Positions 25,614 to 39,375 of a stretch of 64,000 bases of DNA are shown here, piece by piece. How positions within the stretch are numbered: position 1 is the stretch's first letter; the number at the start of each line of letters is the position of its first letter. Made by a program: the position numbers and the translations under genes. This stretch comes from Hydrolagus colliei (taxonomy: Eukaryota), in contig CM068764.1 in assembly GCA_035084275.1 (NCBI GenBank), forward strand, positions 5,022,001-5,086,000. The letters run 5' to 3'. Under the pieces are notes generated by a model, which searched no databases, was not told the origin of the DNA, and was given only the letters and a program-made list of their open reading frames with translations.

Positions 25614-28476
25614 AAAGCTTTAGCTCCACTCAAATGAGGAGGTGTTGGGGAAGGAGTGGGGTGGGTGTAGAAGGGAATGGAACTAAACAGGGTCTTTCTG
25701 GGATTGAGCAGTGTCCAGGGTGGCAGGCCTGGATTTGATCTGATTCTATGCAGCCCCAGCCCACTGTGAATTACACAACGCAGTTTGTTGCATTAAGTTA
25801 CAAGCTGTAACACAAGCCGAAGGGGAGCAGCAATATCTGAATCTCTTGATTGTGTTACACCTTTACATTGCTCCACATCTCTCCATTATTCTCTGGGTTC
25901 CCCACCCTTGGGCCAAGCACTTAAACTTGAATGGCTGAAAAGCTACAATTACCATCTGTTGGACTTTCTTGACATCTTAATGCGATCAGGACATGCAGTG
26001 AACATTACTACCGATCCCAGGTCTCTCACTGCTAGTCATTTGTAAAGGGGAGAATTGACTGCTTACGGATCAATTTCAACAACTACGAGAAATAGGATGC
26101 CGCAAAAAAAAAAACCTAACCCTAAATAGTATGGAATCGCATGCAATTTGGCGTGTAACAGCTTTTTGACAAAAACTCCCATAATATAATTAAGCGTGTT
26201 ATATATTTTTTAAAATAGTAGTAGTGGAATCTTAAATATTTAGGATAAAATAAATGTGTGACACGCACCAAAGCGATTGCAATTAATCACGATTTAAAAC
26301 ACCACATCCAGCCCCAACTTAATCCAAAACAGCTAAACAGTGTTTATTTTACAAGTAGGAGTTAAGTGGTTAATTAAATCAAACTTGATATCAATGAGGC
26401 TGTCTTCTTGAGTGCCTTTTCCAACTAAGCATGCTTGATTCCAATAAAATATTTCAGCTATGTTTATTTTATATGGTTTTTTACACAAAATAGTGCACTC
26501 AATCTTTGTTGTATTCGATCTTTGTTGCAATCGCTCAAAGTCTGCTCAAACTTTGCATAACCCAATTTGTCTATACAATTTAACGTTTCATCATTACAGC
26601 CCAAAAATTAGTATTACGTGCTTTCTCTAGTCAGTGCTTCCAGACACTTCTGGAGGAGAACTTTATGGAAAAACTAGATTGGGGCATAACAGAGTACTTC
26701 ACTAAGCCCTGGCCAGACTTCGTTACACAGCAATTGGTTGCCACGTTCCGCCCACGAAATATAGTCAATCCGCTTTACCGTATATTCTGTGAAGCGCTTT
26801 AAGACGTCTCAACGGCGTGATAAGGAGCGGTATCAAATGCGAATATTATTATTATTATCAACAAGTTTGTTCTCTGATATTTAGTTCCTCTCACATGAAA
26901 CAATTTCAAAATTACGCTTTTATATGGCAACACTTAAGCGAGTGGAAATCTATAATTGAATGTAAAACAGGAATACCACCTTGGGTGCCTAACAAAATAT
27001 TTGGTACGTCTCACAGTAACGTCTTTGAAGCTGGTGGGGTTACGGCTTTCTCTTTTAAAAAAAAGATGGATCAACATTTGTGGATCAGTGACTGGGTTAA
27101 ATTTCACCTCTAGGGTATGGGGCAGAACACAGGCATTACAGAAAATTGTTTTCATTGGGCTTTCCTTTCAATACTCAAAACATTCCTTTTCTTCCACTGC
27201 AAGCTTTATAATTAAATAGTTAGGATCACTATCATCTGTTGTATTATTAGGTTATTCAATCCTCCCTTCCTTCGTTATTGTGGAACACAAACCTTTTCTT
27301 CCTCGGTTAAAAATAACAAACTGGGCAGGTTAGACACCTGGGGAGGTTTTCTACTTGTAATTGCAAGTCACTGCTTGGCTCACTTATTGTATTTGGAGCA
27401 CACGCAGGTTCAGTGAAGTGACAATATCTGCAACAATCTTGAGTAGTGCCTGTACTCTGTTCCGAGTGAGAAGAAATTAACTCTGTGTGAGCAGAGAAAA
27501 ACTATAAGAATCAGGAACCATGTAAACTGTGGAGCTCGGATCTTAATTCTAAGGGATCAGATTTTCAACGTAATGTAGATGTACGTCCTCAAAGTAAACT
27601 CCATCAAGGTTTGAACCTATTTTCTTGCAACTTGGATCTCTGCGCCTTGGGAATGTCCTCTTGATGTGAAAGGCGCTATACAAATGTAATTTGTTATTGT
27701 TAATATTAAGATGAAAGAGTGACAAAAAGTACTAGCCCAACCAGTTTCACTTGCCTATTGATCACTGACCATTCAGTTCCCAGTGGGGTTTCATACAGTT
27801 TTGTTCCAAGACACAACGCTCTGCCTAATGGAAATCTGAATAACAACAACAACAACAGTTCCTGGCCAGAACGAGTGAAACTCAACCCTAAACTCGGGTC
27901 TCCTTTGTTTGGTCTCTTATTGTTACTGTGCTCATACAATAAATACTGTGACAGCATTCAACTCGGTAATAATAATAATGTCCTTTAACAGTCTATATTG
28001 CATCACTCACTATTGAGTTTTGTAATTGCTGGTCAGAGCCAATGCGGTTTCGAAACCTACTATGTGCTGAGTTTGCTGGTATTGGATGGGGCTGCTTGGG
28101 AGGCCAAATTGTCTTGGTCTTCCCCGGTGCTAAGGGAGGCCAAACCAGCTATGGTTCCTGCTCTTGGTCTCCCTACAACGCTCCCTACTGGTCGTGCGCT
28201 TTGTGGCAGATGGGTGACGAGAGATGACAGATCATGCTGGTCTGTGATGTCCTCTGCAGTCCAGTGGCCTGCACTCGCTAACAATCCTCACACACCGACA
28301 AGAGCCACTCTCCTGAGGGCAGCCAGGGCCTGTAGAACCTCACTCCAGCAATCAGGACGCTGGGGGAGCAGCAGAAGAGAGATTGTAGAAGGAAAATTTG
28401 AAAGATAATTGAGACACCCCTAAAGCTTGAGAGGGAAAAAAAGAATTTCGCAATTACTGAATGAAAATGCGACTCA

Positions 28477-28626
<150 letters not shown>

Positions 28627-28769
28627 TCAAAGTTACTTGAACCTATCCAACGCTCTCATCATACTCCATGGCAAAATAGGAGATAGGTGAGATTATGGAA
28701 ATGTTTAGTACATTAAACGCCTTTGTAGTTTTCTATCTTTAGTTTTCAGACACATCTTTTGCCTGTGTC

Positions 28770-29166
28770 CAGCTGATTCAATTGGTAGTACAGTACTCTT
28801 GTGTCCGAGTCAGAAGGTTGTAGATTCAAGCCTCATCTCGGGCCTTTTTGAGCTAACCAACAAGGCAGTGAAATGCTCTATTGCATTGCCAGGGGTGAAG
28901 TCCTTCAGATGGAGAAATTAAATCAAGGCCTCATTTGCCTCGATTCAAAAAGAGAAGGGAGTTTCTTTCTCCCAGTGCCCTGACCAACACACCCCCAGAT
29001 AAAATTGGTCATTACCCCATGGCAGTTTGTAGGATGTTGTTGGGTGCAAATTGGCTGCTTCATTCACCTGAAAATACACATGTGATGGATATGTGTTTGT
29101 GAATCACTTTAAGGCATTTTGATAACATGATAAGGCACTGTATCAAATACAAGGATTATTATTATT
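28770..29166 (+). mobile_element. Deu-domain SINE (SacSINE1/AmnSINE-like), old copy
   Basis: tRNA-like head gagtcagaaggttgtagattcaag; Deu-type core ccttcagatggagaaattaaatcaaggcc...agaagggagtttc...tgaccaac; L2-type tail. Family identity is from memory. Confidence 0.75.
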
Positions 29167-32100
29167 TACTATTGTTTTCTTGTCACTTTACATACAGCTA
29201 TTTCTTGTAAGAACTATCTGGCCAGAAAGATCTTGCTGCCCCTGTGGAGTAATTTGTGTATAGTTTGGTGTAAACATTGCTGTTTTATACATATTACAAG
29301 CTCCAACTATCAAGAGCTACGCAATAAATGTGCTTTATGCCTACCATTTAAATGCTTTTCTGTGCCATATATTACCCCCTTGTCCATGATAGTAGTCTGC
29401 AGATATAACTTCTTCCCTAAGAATATTAGGTCCCATGAACAAAAACACTATCAATGGAGCCTTAGAATATTATGATGCTTTATTAACCTGAAGCTATTTG
29501 CTAAGCTATAATCAGACTATCAGGGATTGTCAAAATCCATCAAGGCCTAGATGTAACAGAGCCATTAAACGGGTGACATAGCATTTGTAGTTCACAGTCG
29601 GTCAGAAAAGTAATCCCCACTTTCAAAAGAAAACTGAAACTTGCTTATAAAGTAGATTTCTCTTTGTGAGTTGTCGTATACTTTAGATCAATATTCTGGC
29701 CCTCTAAAATCAGGTAAAGGTAGCCATCAATGGCATCTTGAAATTGGCACTTTGGCACCTTTGTGGTGAACGGGCAGCATCAAAGCTTGTCCTATGTTAA
29801 AACTAGGCTTTTATTTACAGTCCACAACACAATGTTCAGCCAGAGTAGAACTGTGTATGAGAGCTTATTCAGCTAAGGTGAGTATAAGGAGTTTGTTATA
29901 AAGTCCACACTAATATTTTTCCACTGCAAACTTGGCAGTCTAAAATGGTCTACAACCACATGTGATGGATATGTGTTTGCCCAGCTCTGAAATGGCTTTT
30001 TCAATAGAATCCTTTACAAACCACATAGTCCTACCTGAAGAGTGGAGCTTTGCGTCCTGCTTAGCGCCTTACTGTTACTGTAGCTACTAACCACATGGAC
30101 TCCCTACAGTATAGAGTACCTATAGACGCTAGAAAATACAGAGTTCAATGTTGCATCAGACCTCCAGTTGGAGATTAACCAACTTCAGTCATGGATTTGA
30201 GCCAAACAAAGGATTAGTAGCTTTCAATTCAGCGAAACACAATTCAGTGAAACACAATTCCTGCAGAAACTCTAGTCTTCAGGGTCTAGCTGAAGCGACT
30301 TGTATCAATTCTCTGACAAAGTTTCTCCTGCCTGGAGCTAATAAACAAGTGTTATTAGAGAGCTTTGAGAATTTCAGGTTTTATTGGTGCAGTAAATTCA
30401 GTGCGGGCTTGGACGATTAGTAAATCTTTTGAAAGTAAGGGCAGTGAAAATAAAGCAACCTACTGAGTGAGTGAGCCAATATACTAGTGCAAAAAGAAGC
30501 AGCTCTGTGCTTGCAATTTTCCAGAGAGCGAGTTTCTAGTCCCAATCTTAGCCAGAATCACTGGCTATGGAAAGGGAATTAAATACTCTGTTAATGAAGA
30601 TATACTTGGAAGCTCAATATACAATGAGCCAAAGTCAATGCGCAGCCAATCTTGGAGCCACAGCAGTTACCTGTCTGACCTCAGCCAAGACTAATTTTGG
30701 CTATCAAAGGCACTGCCAAAAATAAGTCAATACCTCCCCCCCCTCCCCACTCCCAAACACATACATACACCAAGTCCCAGCCTGATTAACTGTAATAAAG
30801 ATCCACTTAAAAATAATACATAATAGAATAATAGAAACTGCTACTATGCAGTGATAAAAAAAAATCTGCAACTGCTGGAAACCATCTGTTGACACAGTGT
30901 GGAGTTAGTTGTACGATGGCCATTTGTGTCATTGTCGAGCGAGGCTGGGTTAATTCAAAAAATGTTTTCTCTGCAATAAGAATAGGCAGTTGTTGTTTAA
31001 AGCTGGCATCAGATAGCAACAAATCAACATTTAAGCATCTGTTTCCAACCCCCAAAAAAAACAGTTCTGCAGACAAGAACAACCCCCACTAACAATGCAG
31101 TGGTTGGGAGGGGGGATGTGGGGGTTGCTGTAGAGGTCTACTTTGAAGAAGGCCTCAGGCAAAATATATGGCAGTCAGTTTAACAGTAGCTGGGCCAAAC
31201 CTGAACAAACCTCCACTGCCAGTGAGTGCACCCATTCGCAAACCATGAACACCGCTGCTTGTGCAATAATTACAATCCCTTTAACAAAATTGAAACAAGG
31301 GGGTATTCTCATCAAATCTCCAAAGCACTGCTCCACTCCGTCGTTATTGCTGGGTTATAATTAGCGATCACACAAGAAACTAGATTGATTTCCCAATTTC
31401 AAGTCATGCAGAACATCTGCGGCCCCTGGCCTGGAAGATTGGGAAATGTCCCAGTTCCTAAAAACATTCACATGTGAGAATGGTTTGACACCATTGAACT
31501 TGGGCTGCATTCTCTCAAAATGAAGAGTAAGTACTTTGTTCCTGAGTTTAGGAAGAGAAGTGAATAAGCCAGAGCCTAAACCCGACTGAACCTCCTCAAA
31601 CCAAACACAATCGTTGGAGCTATTAGGACGAAAACTTCTTGTTGAGTCTCTGGAAATCTGAAACAGGCCAGGCACATTTGAAACCCATGAAGCACAAGCT
31701 ATTGCTTGGCAAAGACTGCTAGCTGTTAAACATTCACTGGCCATTATCCAGAATCTGCAAAAAGGCCAGAATCACCCTGACCATTTGCCAGCTATTCCTG
31801 AAAGTGGGTAAGATTTCCTCCAACCAGCTTCCAAACAGCTGCTTGCCATTGAACAGTAGCTGAAGCATTAGAAACTGTAGATCCATTGGGTAATCCAAAC
31901 AACTTGACATGACAGCCCAGGCAACTTCTAAACTAGTCTCGCTCACATTGTCATCTGGCCACCTGAACCACATCCTGACACATCAGGGAGCCATTCACCT
32001 ATACTAAACGCACTAAAATGGACCCATTTGTTCTCAGCAAAGTTTTTCCATTATACCCAATAATTTTGTCTCGCACGATGCGATTATACACTTAACCTAA

Positions 32101-32574
32101 GTTAATGGACTCTCGTGAAAGAAGCTTTTAAAGTTGTTTGGACCAGCTCCAAGAATGCAGTAAGTTTTTAAAGGAGTTTCAAACCATTAGTCTTGGAGGT
32201 GCTAAATTGTGCCCAACGGATCTACTCTTGTAGGAATACTAGCAGGTCCCTGGATAGGATTGATCCAGCTTGTGAGATAAAGTCAAAAATAGTCCACATT
32301 CCAACTGCCCTCTCGAAAGAATTTCACCTTAATTCCTTTTGAGATAATCTTAAAATTGGGTCCACCCATTTCTGACTGACGCACCAGCCAGTGAAAACTT
32401 TTGATTCCTATTTTAATTTCATCAAAGCTCTTCAAAGCTTTAACCTGTGTTAGTTTTTTTTTAAATGCTCCAACTTCTCAAACATATCTTCAGAATTCCT
32501 AGGCAGGGCAAAACCTTAGGCAAGTTTACTTACTCCACACGACCGTTTACCTAGCAAGAACCCAGTTGTTAAGT

Positions 32575-32822
32575 CAATCCCGCAGCCCCTCCGCCTTGCT
32601 TCCTCCCTTTCCTCCTTCAAGGCCGGTCAAGACCTTCCTCTTCGACCGCGCCTTCAGCTGCCCCATTAACTCTTCCCCCTCTCCCACTCTCCTTCCTCTT
32701 CCCCCTACCCAGAAGCTGCCCCCGCACCCCCCGCTCGGGTCCCGACCTGAATGTTCAGCTCTTTGGGACGTCCTCCCAACGTGGAAGACGCTATATAAGT
32801 GCAATTTTGTTGTTGTTGTTGA
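32575..32822 (+). mobile_element. L2 3' UTR fragment with (TTG)n tail
   Basis: Same UTR and tail motifs as the 51135 copy (tccttcaaggccggtcaagaccttcctcttcgaccgcgccttcag...gggacgtcctcc...ttgttgttgtt). Confidence 0.85.
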
Positions 32823-34978
32823 TTGGTGGATTGCTTTCTGGGAGTAATACTCTCTTCAAGAAAAAATAAAATAAAAATGTGGTCACTCAATTCACGACTA
32901 ATTGTGGGACACTGCTATGCGCAATTAGCTGCCACATTTCTCCCACAAAATATACAGTGAATTCACTTTACAGTATGCTGTTAAGTGTTTTAAGACATCT
33001 CAATGGCGTGATAAGGCTGCTATATCAGGATGATTATTATTTTTACGGAAACTCCTCAGCCTAGTTAACTTGCTAGTGAATGATTTGTTTGGATCGCTTT
33101 CATGTTGTTCCAATTATGGTGAGTCCAATCAGGTGGAGGGGTTGGGGGCAGAGATAGGGCCTCTTGCTGGGAAGCAACAATCCTCTTCATTGTGCTCTCC
33201 CTCTCAGACAATGACAATTCCTGCCTTGCCCATGAAAACAACTATTTGGCTGGGATGATACAAATTGGGATTCGTATTCCCCTGAATAGCTCTTTGCTTT
33301 TAATGTACTTAAACCAAGCGTTGAAACAAACCTTTGTATAGAGATTCATTCTTCCAGATGAAACTAGGCGTCCGCTCTGATTCATACAGTGTACACTTTG
33401 CAAAGCAACTTTACTGGGAATTTAGGCAGAGGCCGGATGCTGGCACGTTTTGCATTGATTTTCTCAAATCCTTTAGAAGCATCCAAAGTAAACAGGGTTA
33501 CATCAACCAAAACAAATCTGGGACATGTTGATGAAAGGGTCGACACAACTAGATTCATCTGCACATCTATTACATTAATAGGGTAGAAGGTAACTGGTCT
33601 AAGAGAGGCCCGGCAACAATTACTATCAACTGATCTGGAAAGGCAATATGCTATTTGCCTACCAAATAACTCAAGTATTTAGTGCAACAACAGCCACGAC
33701 TGAGTAAATATTTTCTTCCCGCAGTCCGTTTCACTGGCCTTTTAAGCTTTTGGGTCTTTTAAGATGATAGTAAATAAGTATTTTAACAGCACATAATACT
33801 TCCTCCATCAATGTGGATTAGACTAAAGTCAATTCACTCTACAGTATATTCTGTCAAGCGCTTTGAGACATCTCAAAGACACTGCATGAAATGCAAGGAT
33901 TATTATTATTGGGGGGAAAGAGAAAATGAAGAATGGCAGCTTAATAGTATAAGAAAGGAAAACGGCAAATACAGCAAAATCCATTTGCAGCCAAGGAGAG
34001 GAGTAGATTTGAGTGGATAATTTCTCTTCAATACATATTTTGGACAATGAATTGAATTGAGGGCCTGTGATTAGTAGACTTCATACAGAACAGAAAGGGT
34101 TGACAAGGTCATAGTAAACACAGAGTAAACACTGATCTGTCAAGGTTCTAGGTTGAAGTATAAAATGGATAAAGTAAATACCAAAGAGAGAAACATGGTA
34201 ACTATATCCACACAAAGGTTAGTTTGACAATATGCGTTGGCTTTTTTCTGGCGTGCATGTCAAAGTATACTTTCTCTGCAAATAAGTTAAGCACGTGGTT
34301 GAAACATGTCAAAGCGAATGACTGATTTACCCTTTTCTATTTGTATAGTGGCATGGCATCTTTAACATCCAAAAGCACAGGCAGACACGGCCTCGGTTTA
34401 AAATCTCACCTGAAGAACAGTACCTTCTACAATGCAACGCTCCCACCTTGTTGCTAGGCAAACAGAAGCGTGTGGAGTAAGGAAACTTGCCTAAGGTTTT
34501 GCCCCGCCCAGCAATCTAACCCGGGTCCTCTTGCTTGCGAGGCGATTGTTCTCATGAATACTCTACAGGACTCCACAAATGTTAGTTTGTGCATGTACGT
34601 GCTGACTGCTGCACAGCTACGGTGCCAAAGCTGTAACTGAGGAGCACAAATTAATGCCATCAGCACATTCCTGACGTTGGCCTCTCCTGCAAAACGTGGA
34701 ACAGCTTTAATAACAGTTGGTGCTAAGGTATCTTCACAGTTGAGTTTCCTCAGCTCTCTCACCTGCACATCAAAGGAAAATTTGTGGTTTTAACTGTCAG
34801 AGCTTGGAGTCTGATTAAAAGCTCTCACTCACAGTTGTACATTGTACTGTTTCATCAAATCGGATTGCAGCATTGTTACATCTGTCACCAACTCACACCC
34901 TGGCCTGATTTCAAGGTTATCTTGAAGACATTGTTCTGAAAGCCATTTATTTCACAAGATTAAACAGTAAAGGGGAGT

Positions 34979-35000
34979 GGGGGGGGGGGGGGGGGGGGGG
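34979..35000. repeat. Poly-G tract; similar tracts at about 39408-39428 and 46903-46929
   Basis: Seen directly. Confidence 0.9.
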
Positions 35001-36217
35001 AGAGAGTGGGTAAATTCCTAATGAATGATAATTTAATATCAGCAACTGTAGTTGGTTAGTATTGTGCTGTGTTCATTGAAACCAAACTTTAAAGCCACAG
35101 GATTTAAGCAGAACTTCGAGCAACTTAGTTTGCTTTTAGTGAGAAAATTCAGAAAGATGTGTTAGACCTCTGTCGCCTTAGCCCCGCAAGTATTTGATCT
35201 GAAACTATTGCAGGCATCGTATGCGAAAAGCTAGACTATAAACAAATAGTTTCCAGCTTTGAAGTTACTCCTGTGTTGAAATTCAGACAGAGGGAGAGCA
35301 AAAAGTGCTCAGTTGATTGAAGTAAAGACTTTGGTTTCTTTCCAAGCTTCAAAGGTGACTAAGGTCACAAGAAAGGTCTATAGAGGCCCTTTCACACGAG
35401 AAAACGCGTGGAAACATTCCAATGGCAAACTGGTTGCCAGTAAGTAATGTGGCCTTCTATCTAAGCATTGTTACTCCGGCTACTTTACTGGGAAAGAAAG
35501 GGTAAGAAATATAACATCAGATTGCAAAATAAGAAAATATATGTATACTGTATATACATATATAATGTATTTTAACAGATTCTTGATGGAGAAGAACAGG
35601 TACAAGCTCTGAATTCTAGGCAAGTTACAAATCAATGTATATTTTGGCTACACCAAACACAGTCTGAACATAAAGCTTTTGAAAGTGCTAACAAATGGTA
35701 GGTTGGAGGATAGTCCATACATTCCAGGGTTTTGAGATGTGCCTTTGAGGTGAGCAAGGGAGGGAGCAAGACATGGAGTTCAGTAGGGTGAGGGCAGAAA
35801 GGCTGAAGACCTGATCGCCAATGGTATCTACTGGAGGATGTTCAACCCTTGCATCGTGTGTACCATGCCTTTATCGCAGCAATAGAACCAAGAGAATTTT
35901 ATTTTTTTTAAATGGATGCCAACAGCAAAACGAGATTTCCTATTTTGTTTGAAAATATTTACACTGGCGGGTGGGGTAGGGATGGGCCACTCTTCCTAAT
36001 GTACATTTTATGCAGATGGAACATTAGTATATTTTGCCAGCTTCCCAAAAGATTCTTTCGATACATCACCCAAAAAGTAAAGTTTCTCCCATTGTCTTGG
36101 CTAATAATTCTTCACCCACCCACCAACCCCTCAAATAAAGCTTCATGCTGGTCTGTGGATCACTGCTGTGCACAAATTTGCTGCTGTGTTTGCTTACAAA
36201 ATACTTGTGATTCTATA

Positions 36218-36526
36218 AATAATAATAATAATAATAATCCTTGCATTTGATATAGTGCTTTTCACATCTTATCAACGTCTCAAAGCGCTTCACAGAATAT
36301 ACTGTAAAGTGAATTGACTGAATATTTGTGGGCGAAACGTGGCAGCCAAGTGCGCACAGCAGTGTCCCACAAACAGTTGTGGTTTGAAATGACCATATAT
36401 AGCTCTTCGTCTACAAAATATACAATCAGTTCGCTGTATCCTATGAAACACTTTGAAACATCTCGAGGACGTGACAAGACACTATATCAAACGCAAGGAT
36501 TATTATTATTATTATTATTATTATTT
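36218..36526. mobile_element. Back-to-back SINE 3' halves (- 36218-36395; + 36405-36526)
   Basis: (AAT)n at the left end, (TTA)n at the right end, with mutually complementary tails. Confidence 0.8.
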
Positions 36527-38057
36527 TAGACAGACTGATTGCATCCACGTTTTGGGGAGTAAAGGAGAAGGAGACTGGCAACAACATCTGCAATGGCTAA
36601 AAGAAAATGACTACCTCAAGCACTGTAAAGCATCTCTGTGGTACCGCGCTTCTCAAGTTCACCCTGGCACAGTTAAAATCTAAAGTAAACGTACAATTTT
36701 ACAAAGAGCATTTCCATTTGTAATTGTTGGACTTGTGTCTAAATCTTGCATTCAGGCACAAGGGTTTAGGTCCAGACATTTAGAGCACCTGTCGCTTAAA
36801 ATTACAGCCCCTTTCCTGACTCCAAGATCCAAAGAGCTATCAGTACCTGACACTCACTTTGACAGGTTTTTTATTGTGGTGCTAATGTTAACTATTTGTC
36901 AAGAAATCCAGGTCCCACTTTGAGTGAAAGTGGCACAGGCTACATAAATGTTCTTTTCCCTTTACGTCCCTAGATTGTAACTAGCAGCTTTACGGTAAGT
37001 ATTTTCACATACATGTTGCTTAATAATAGGGACTAGAAGCCTCCTTTTTTTTTTCTTCTTCTTCTCCTCCTCCTCCTCCTCCTCCCATCTCAAATGTAGC
37101 AGTAATAAAAAAACACACACATACACTTGGGTCTGGTCCAGAAATGTAGAGGAAATGGTTGGATATTGAGTTGGTTCAGGGAGCTATTTATATCGCTCGA
37201 TTTTCATAAAATTATGACATTGGAAAGCTCCAATGTGTATTAATATGAAGACAGATTTAATTGCTAACCCCCTTTACCCAAACACTCTCCGCCCGCCCCC
37301 CCCCCCCCACCCCTCCTCCCCCGATCTCAAAGAAAATTTGAGAGAAACAAGAGTCCTACCTATCAAGCACATTTTTGGTAGTTGTGAGTCGAGGCCAGCA
37401 GAAATCCCTCCTGCTGTTCCAATATAATTAAATAAGCAGAGAGTCAGCATATAAATCAAAGCTTCAAATTCCTGCACTTCTCCTTGGTGTGCATTCCCCT
37501 TGTCCATAGACCATGGCACGAGGGCAGATGTTCCAACTTCTACAGAGGGAGACCAGTTTTATCCCTTAACCCTTGAAACACAGAGCTTGGCAAGACTCAA
37601 GGCAGACAGGCTATATAAAGAAACATCAAACCAGCTGTCCAAAAATGACCCGGGGGACTTTCGAGACTATTTGTGCTACTGTTAGCCCTCTGTGACGGTG
37701 TTGGATTGTACTCCGGTGGTGAAATACATGACTAGCCTTGGCAACTAAAGTTCATTCAACTTTAGCACCAAACATCACTTGACAGATGACGTGCTTGCAC
37801 ACGACTTTTGCACAAGCCTAAAAATAGTCGGGATTTTTTTTTAAATCAACGCTTGATTCGCAGGTAAACATTCCTCCTCTTGCTAAGTAACTGATAGATG
37901 CTCTCAACCTATTGTTCTGGACCTTCCTGTTCATTACATTTCATTTCCTCTCGAGCATTTTCTGAATAGAATTGAGCTGTGGATTAGTTAAGAAAAAATA
38001 AGGCGATATTTAGTGAGTATTGTTCTGAATAGATATCAAAGAACCCCGGTTTCCACG

Positions 38058-38395
38058 GATGAGGAGTTTTGATAAGGTAAAAAGGGAGAAATCATTTCCT
38101 TTGGTAGGTGTGTCAATAACAGAGGGCATAAATTTAAGATCATCATCAGAAAAGAAAACAAACAGAGCAGTGAGGAGTTTTTTTTATATATACAGAGGGG
38201 TCATTACTAGGGTCAGGAATGCTCTACCAATATCAGTGACTGAAAGCAAAATCCCCCGTATTTTTAAAAGGGAAATGGACAAATAATTGACAAAGAATGA
38301 TAAAGGGCGGGGGAGTGGAGCTATGGGGATAGCTCTACTCAAGAACTGACACAGCCACAATGAGCCAAATAGTCTCCTATTTGTGCAATGAAGTT
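38058..38395 (+). mobile_element. Old CR1 3' fragment; other CR1 3' remnants at about 10600-10980 (+), 12020-12125 (-), 12715-12952 (+), 45750-45887 (+) and 53003-53105 (-)
   Basis: ORF 38059 (MRSFDKVKREKSFPLVGVSITEG...VRNALP...FKREMDK) parallels the C-terminus of the intact CR1. The others carry the aatggcct...ttctatg/ttcttatg terminal motif. Confidence 0.75.
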
Positions 38396-39279
38396 CAACA
38401 TTGGGCAACCCCTCCCAAAGAGATTTAAGCTCCAGACCATTTATTCGTGGATTTCAAGTTGTTTGTAATTCAGGTTTTAAGCCATGCGAAGGTTAAAAGG
38501 CTTGAAACGCACCCAGCTTTTTGTGGCTTTTTTAATTTTAAACAAAAGCTTCTCCAGGGTTCCAGATAATCCATCATTTATGCTGACATGATGTATTGAA
38601 AAGAATATCAAATCAAGTGAAGTGGATTTCTTACAGCCAGTGAGATAGATCAAGCTGGCAAGTCTCAACGGGGAAAAGAGGGGGCCTCGGTAACGAAAGC
38701 CACACTAACCTCTTGCTTCACTGCTGAATTACCATGGAGCTACTTTGGCAAAGTCTAAGGGGGAACCTTATGCTTAAGGCTTTATGATTACCATAGATCA
38801 TAAAGGACTGTCAGCAACTTCCCAAACATTTTTTGTTTGGACAGTTTGCGATCGATCAGTCACATCATATTATTGGAGAGGGGCAATGGGAAGATATTGC
38901 AAGCCAAAGCCCTAACAGTTAGGGTGGGCTTAGCTGGGCAAGCAACAGGAAGCTTGCCACAAAGTGGTCTCAATAGCAAGCTATGCAATTTTAGCCCCTT
39001 CAACTCCAGCACTAAGCAATGCATGCTCATTGAGGGTCCCCAAACCTTAGCTCTCGCCAGCTTACTAATACTAATAATTAAAATACTAATATTTTCTGGA
39101 AATCGGTGAACAGGGTGCAGAGACGACAACAACAACAACTTGAATTAACATTGTGCTCGTCATCGAAGGTAGTGTCTCGGAATCGTGCACCCCTCCAGGG
39201 AGAGAGTCCGCACTCTGTTTCAGACACACGTGTAGGTCGCCTACCTCATGCCCTTGGGTTGCCTTGGTCTGGGTCTTAC

Positions 39280-39375
39280 CTTTTCCAGTTCACTTTCCTT
39301 CTCTAACCCAGACTCTGTCCCAGTTTCATCCTCCAGGAACGGGTTTGTAGATGGTGGTGCCGGTTCTGCTTTCTT
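39280..39375 (-). CDS. VPS53: VPS53 exon 12, 96 nt, KKAEPAPPSTNPFLEDETGTESGLEKESELEK (variable acidic linker)
   Basis: PPSTNPFLEDE motif matches human; aacag| acceptor, |gtaaga donor; phase 0-0; two codons shorter than the human exon as I recall it. Confidence 0.92.

Noticed and set aside
26270-26316. Possible hAT-MITE end (gcgattgcaattaatcacgatt...cagccc)
   Set aside because: Only one degenerate end, with no partner or target-site duplication.
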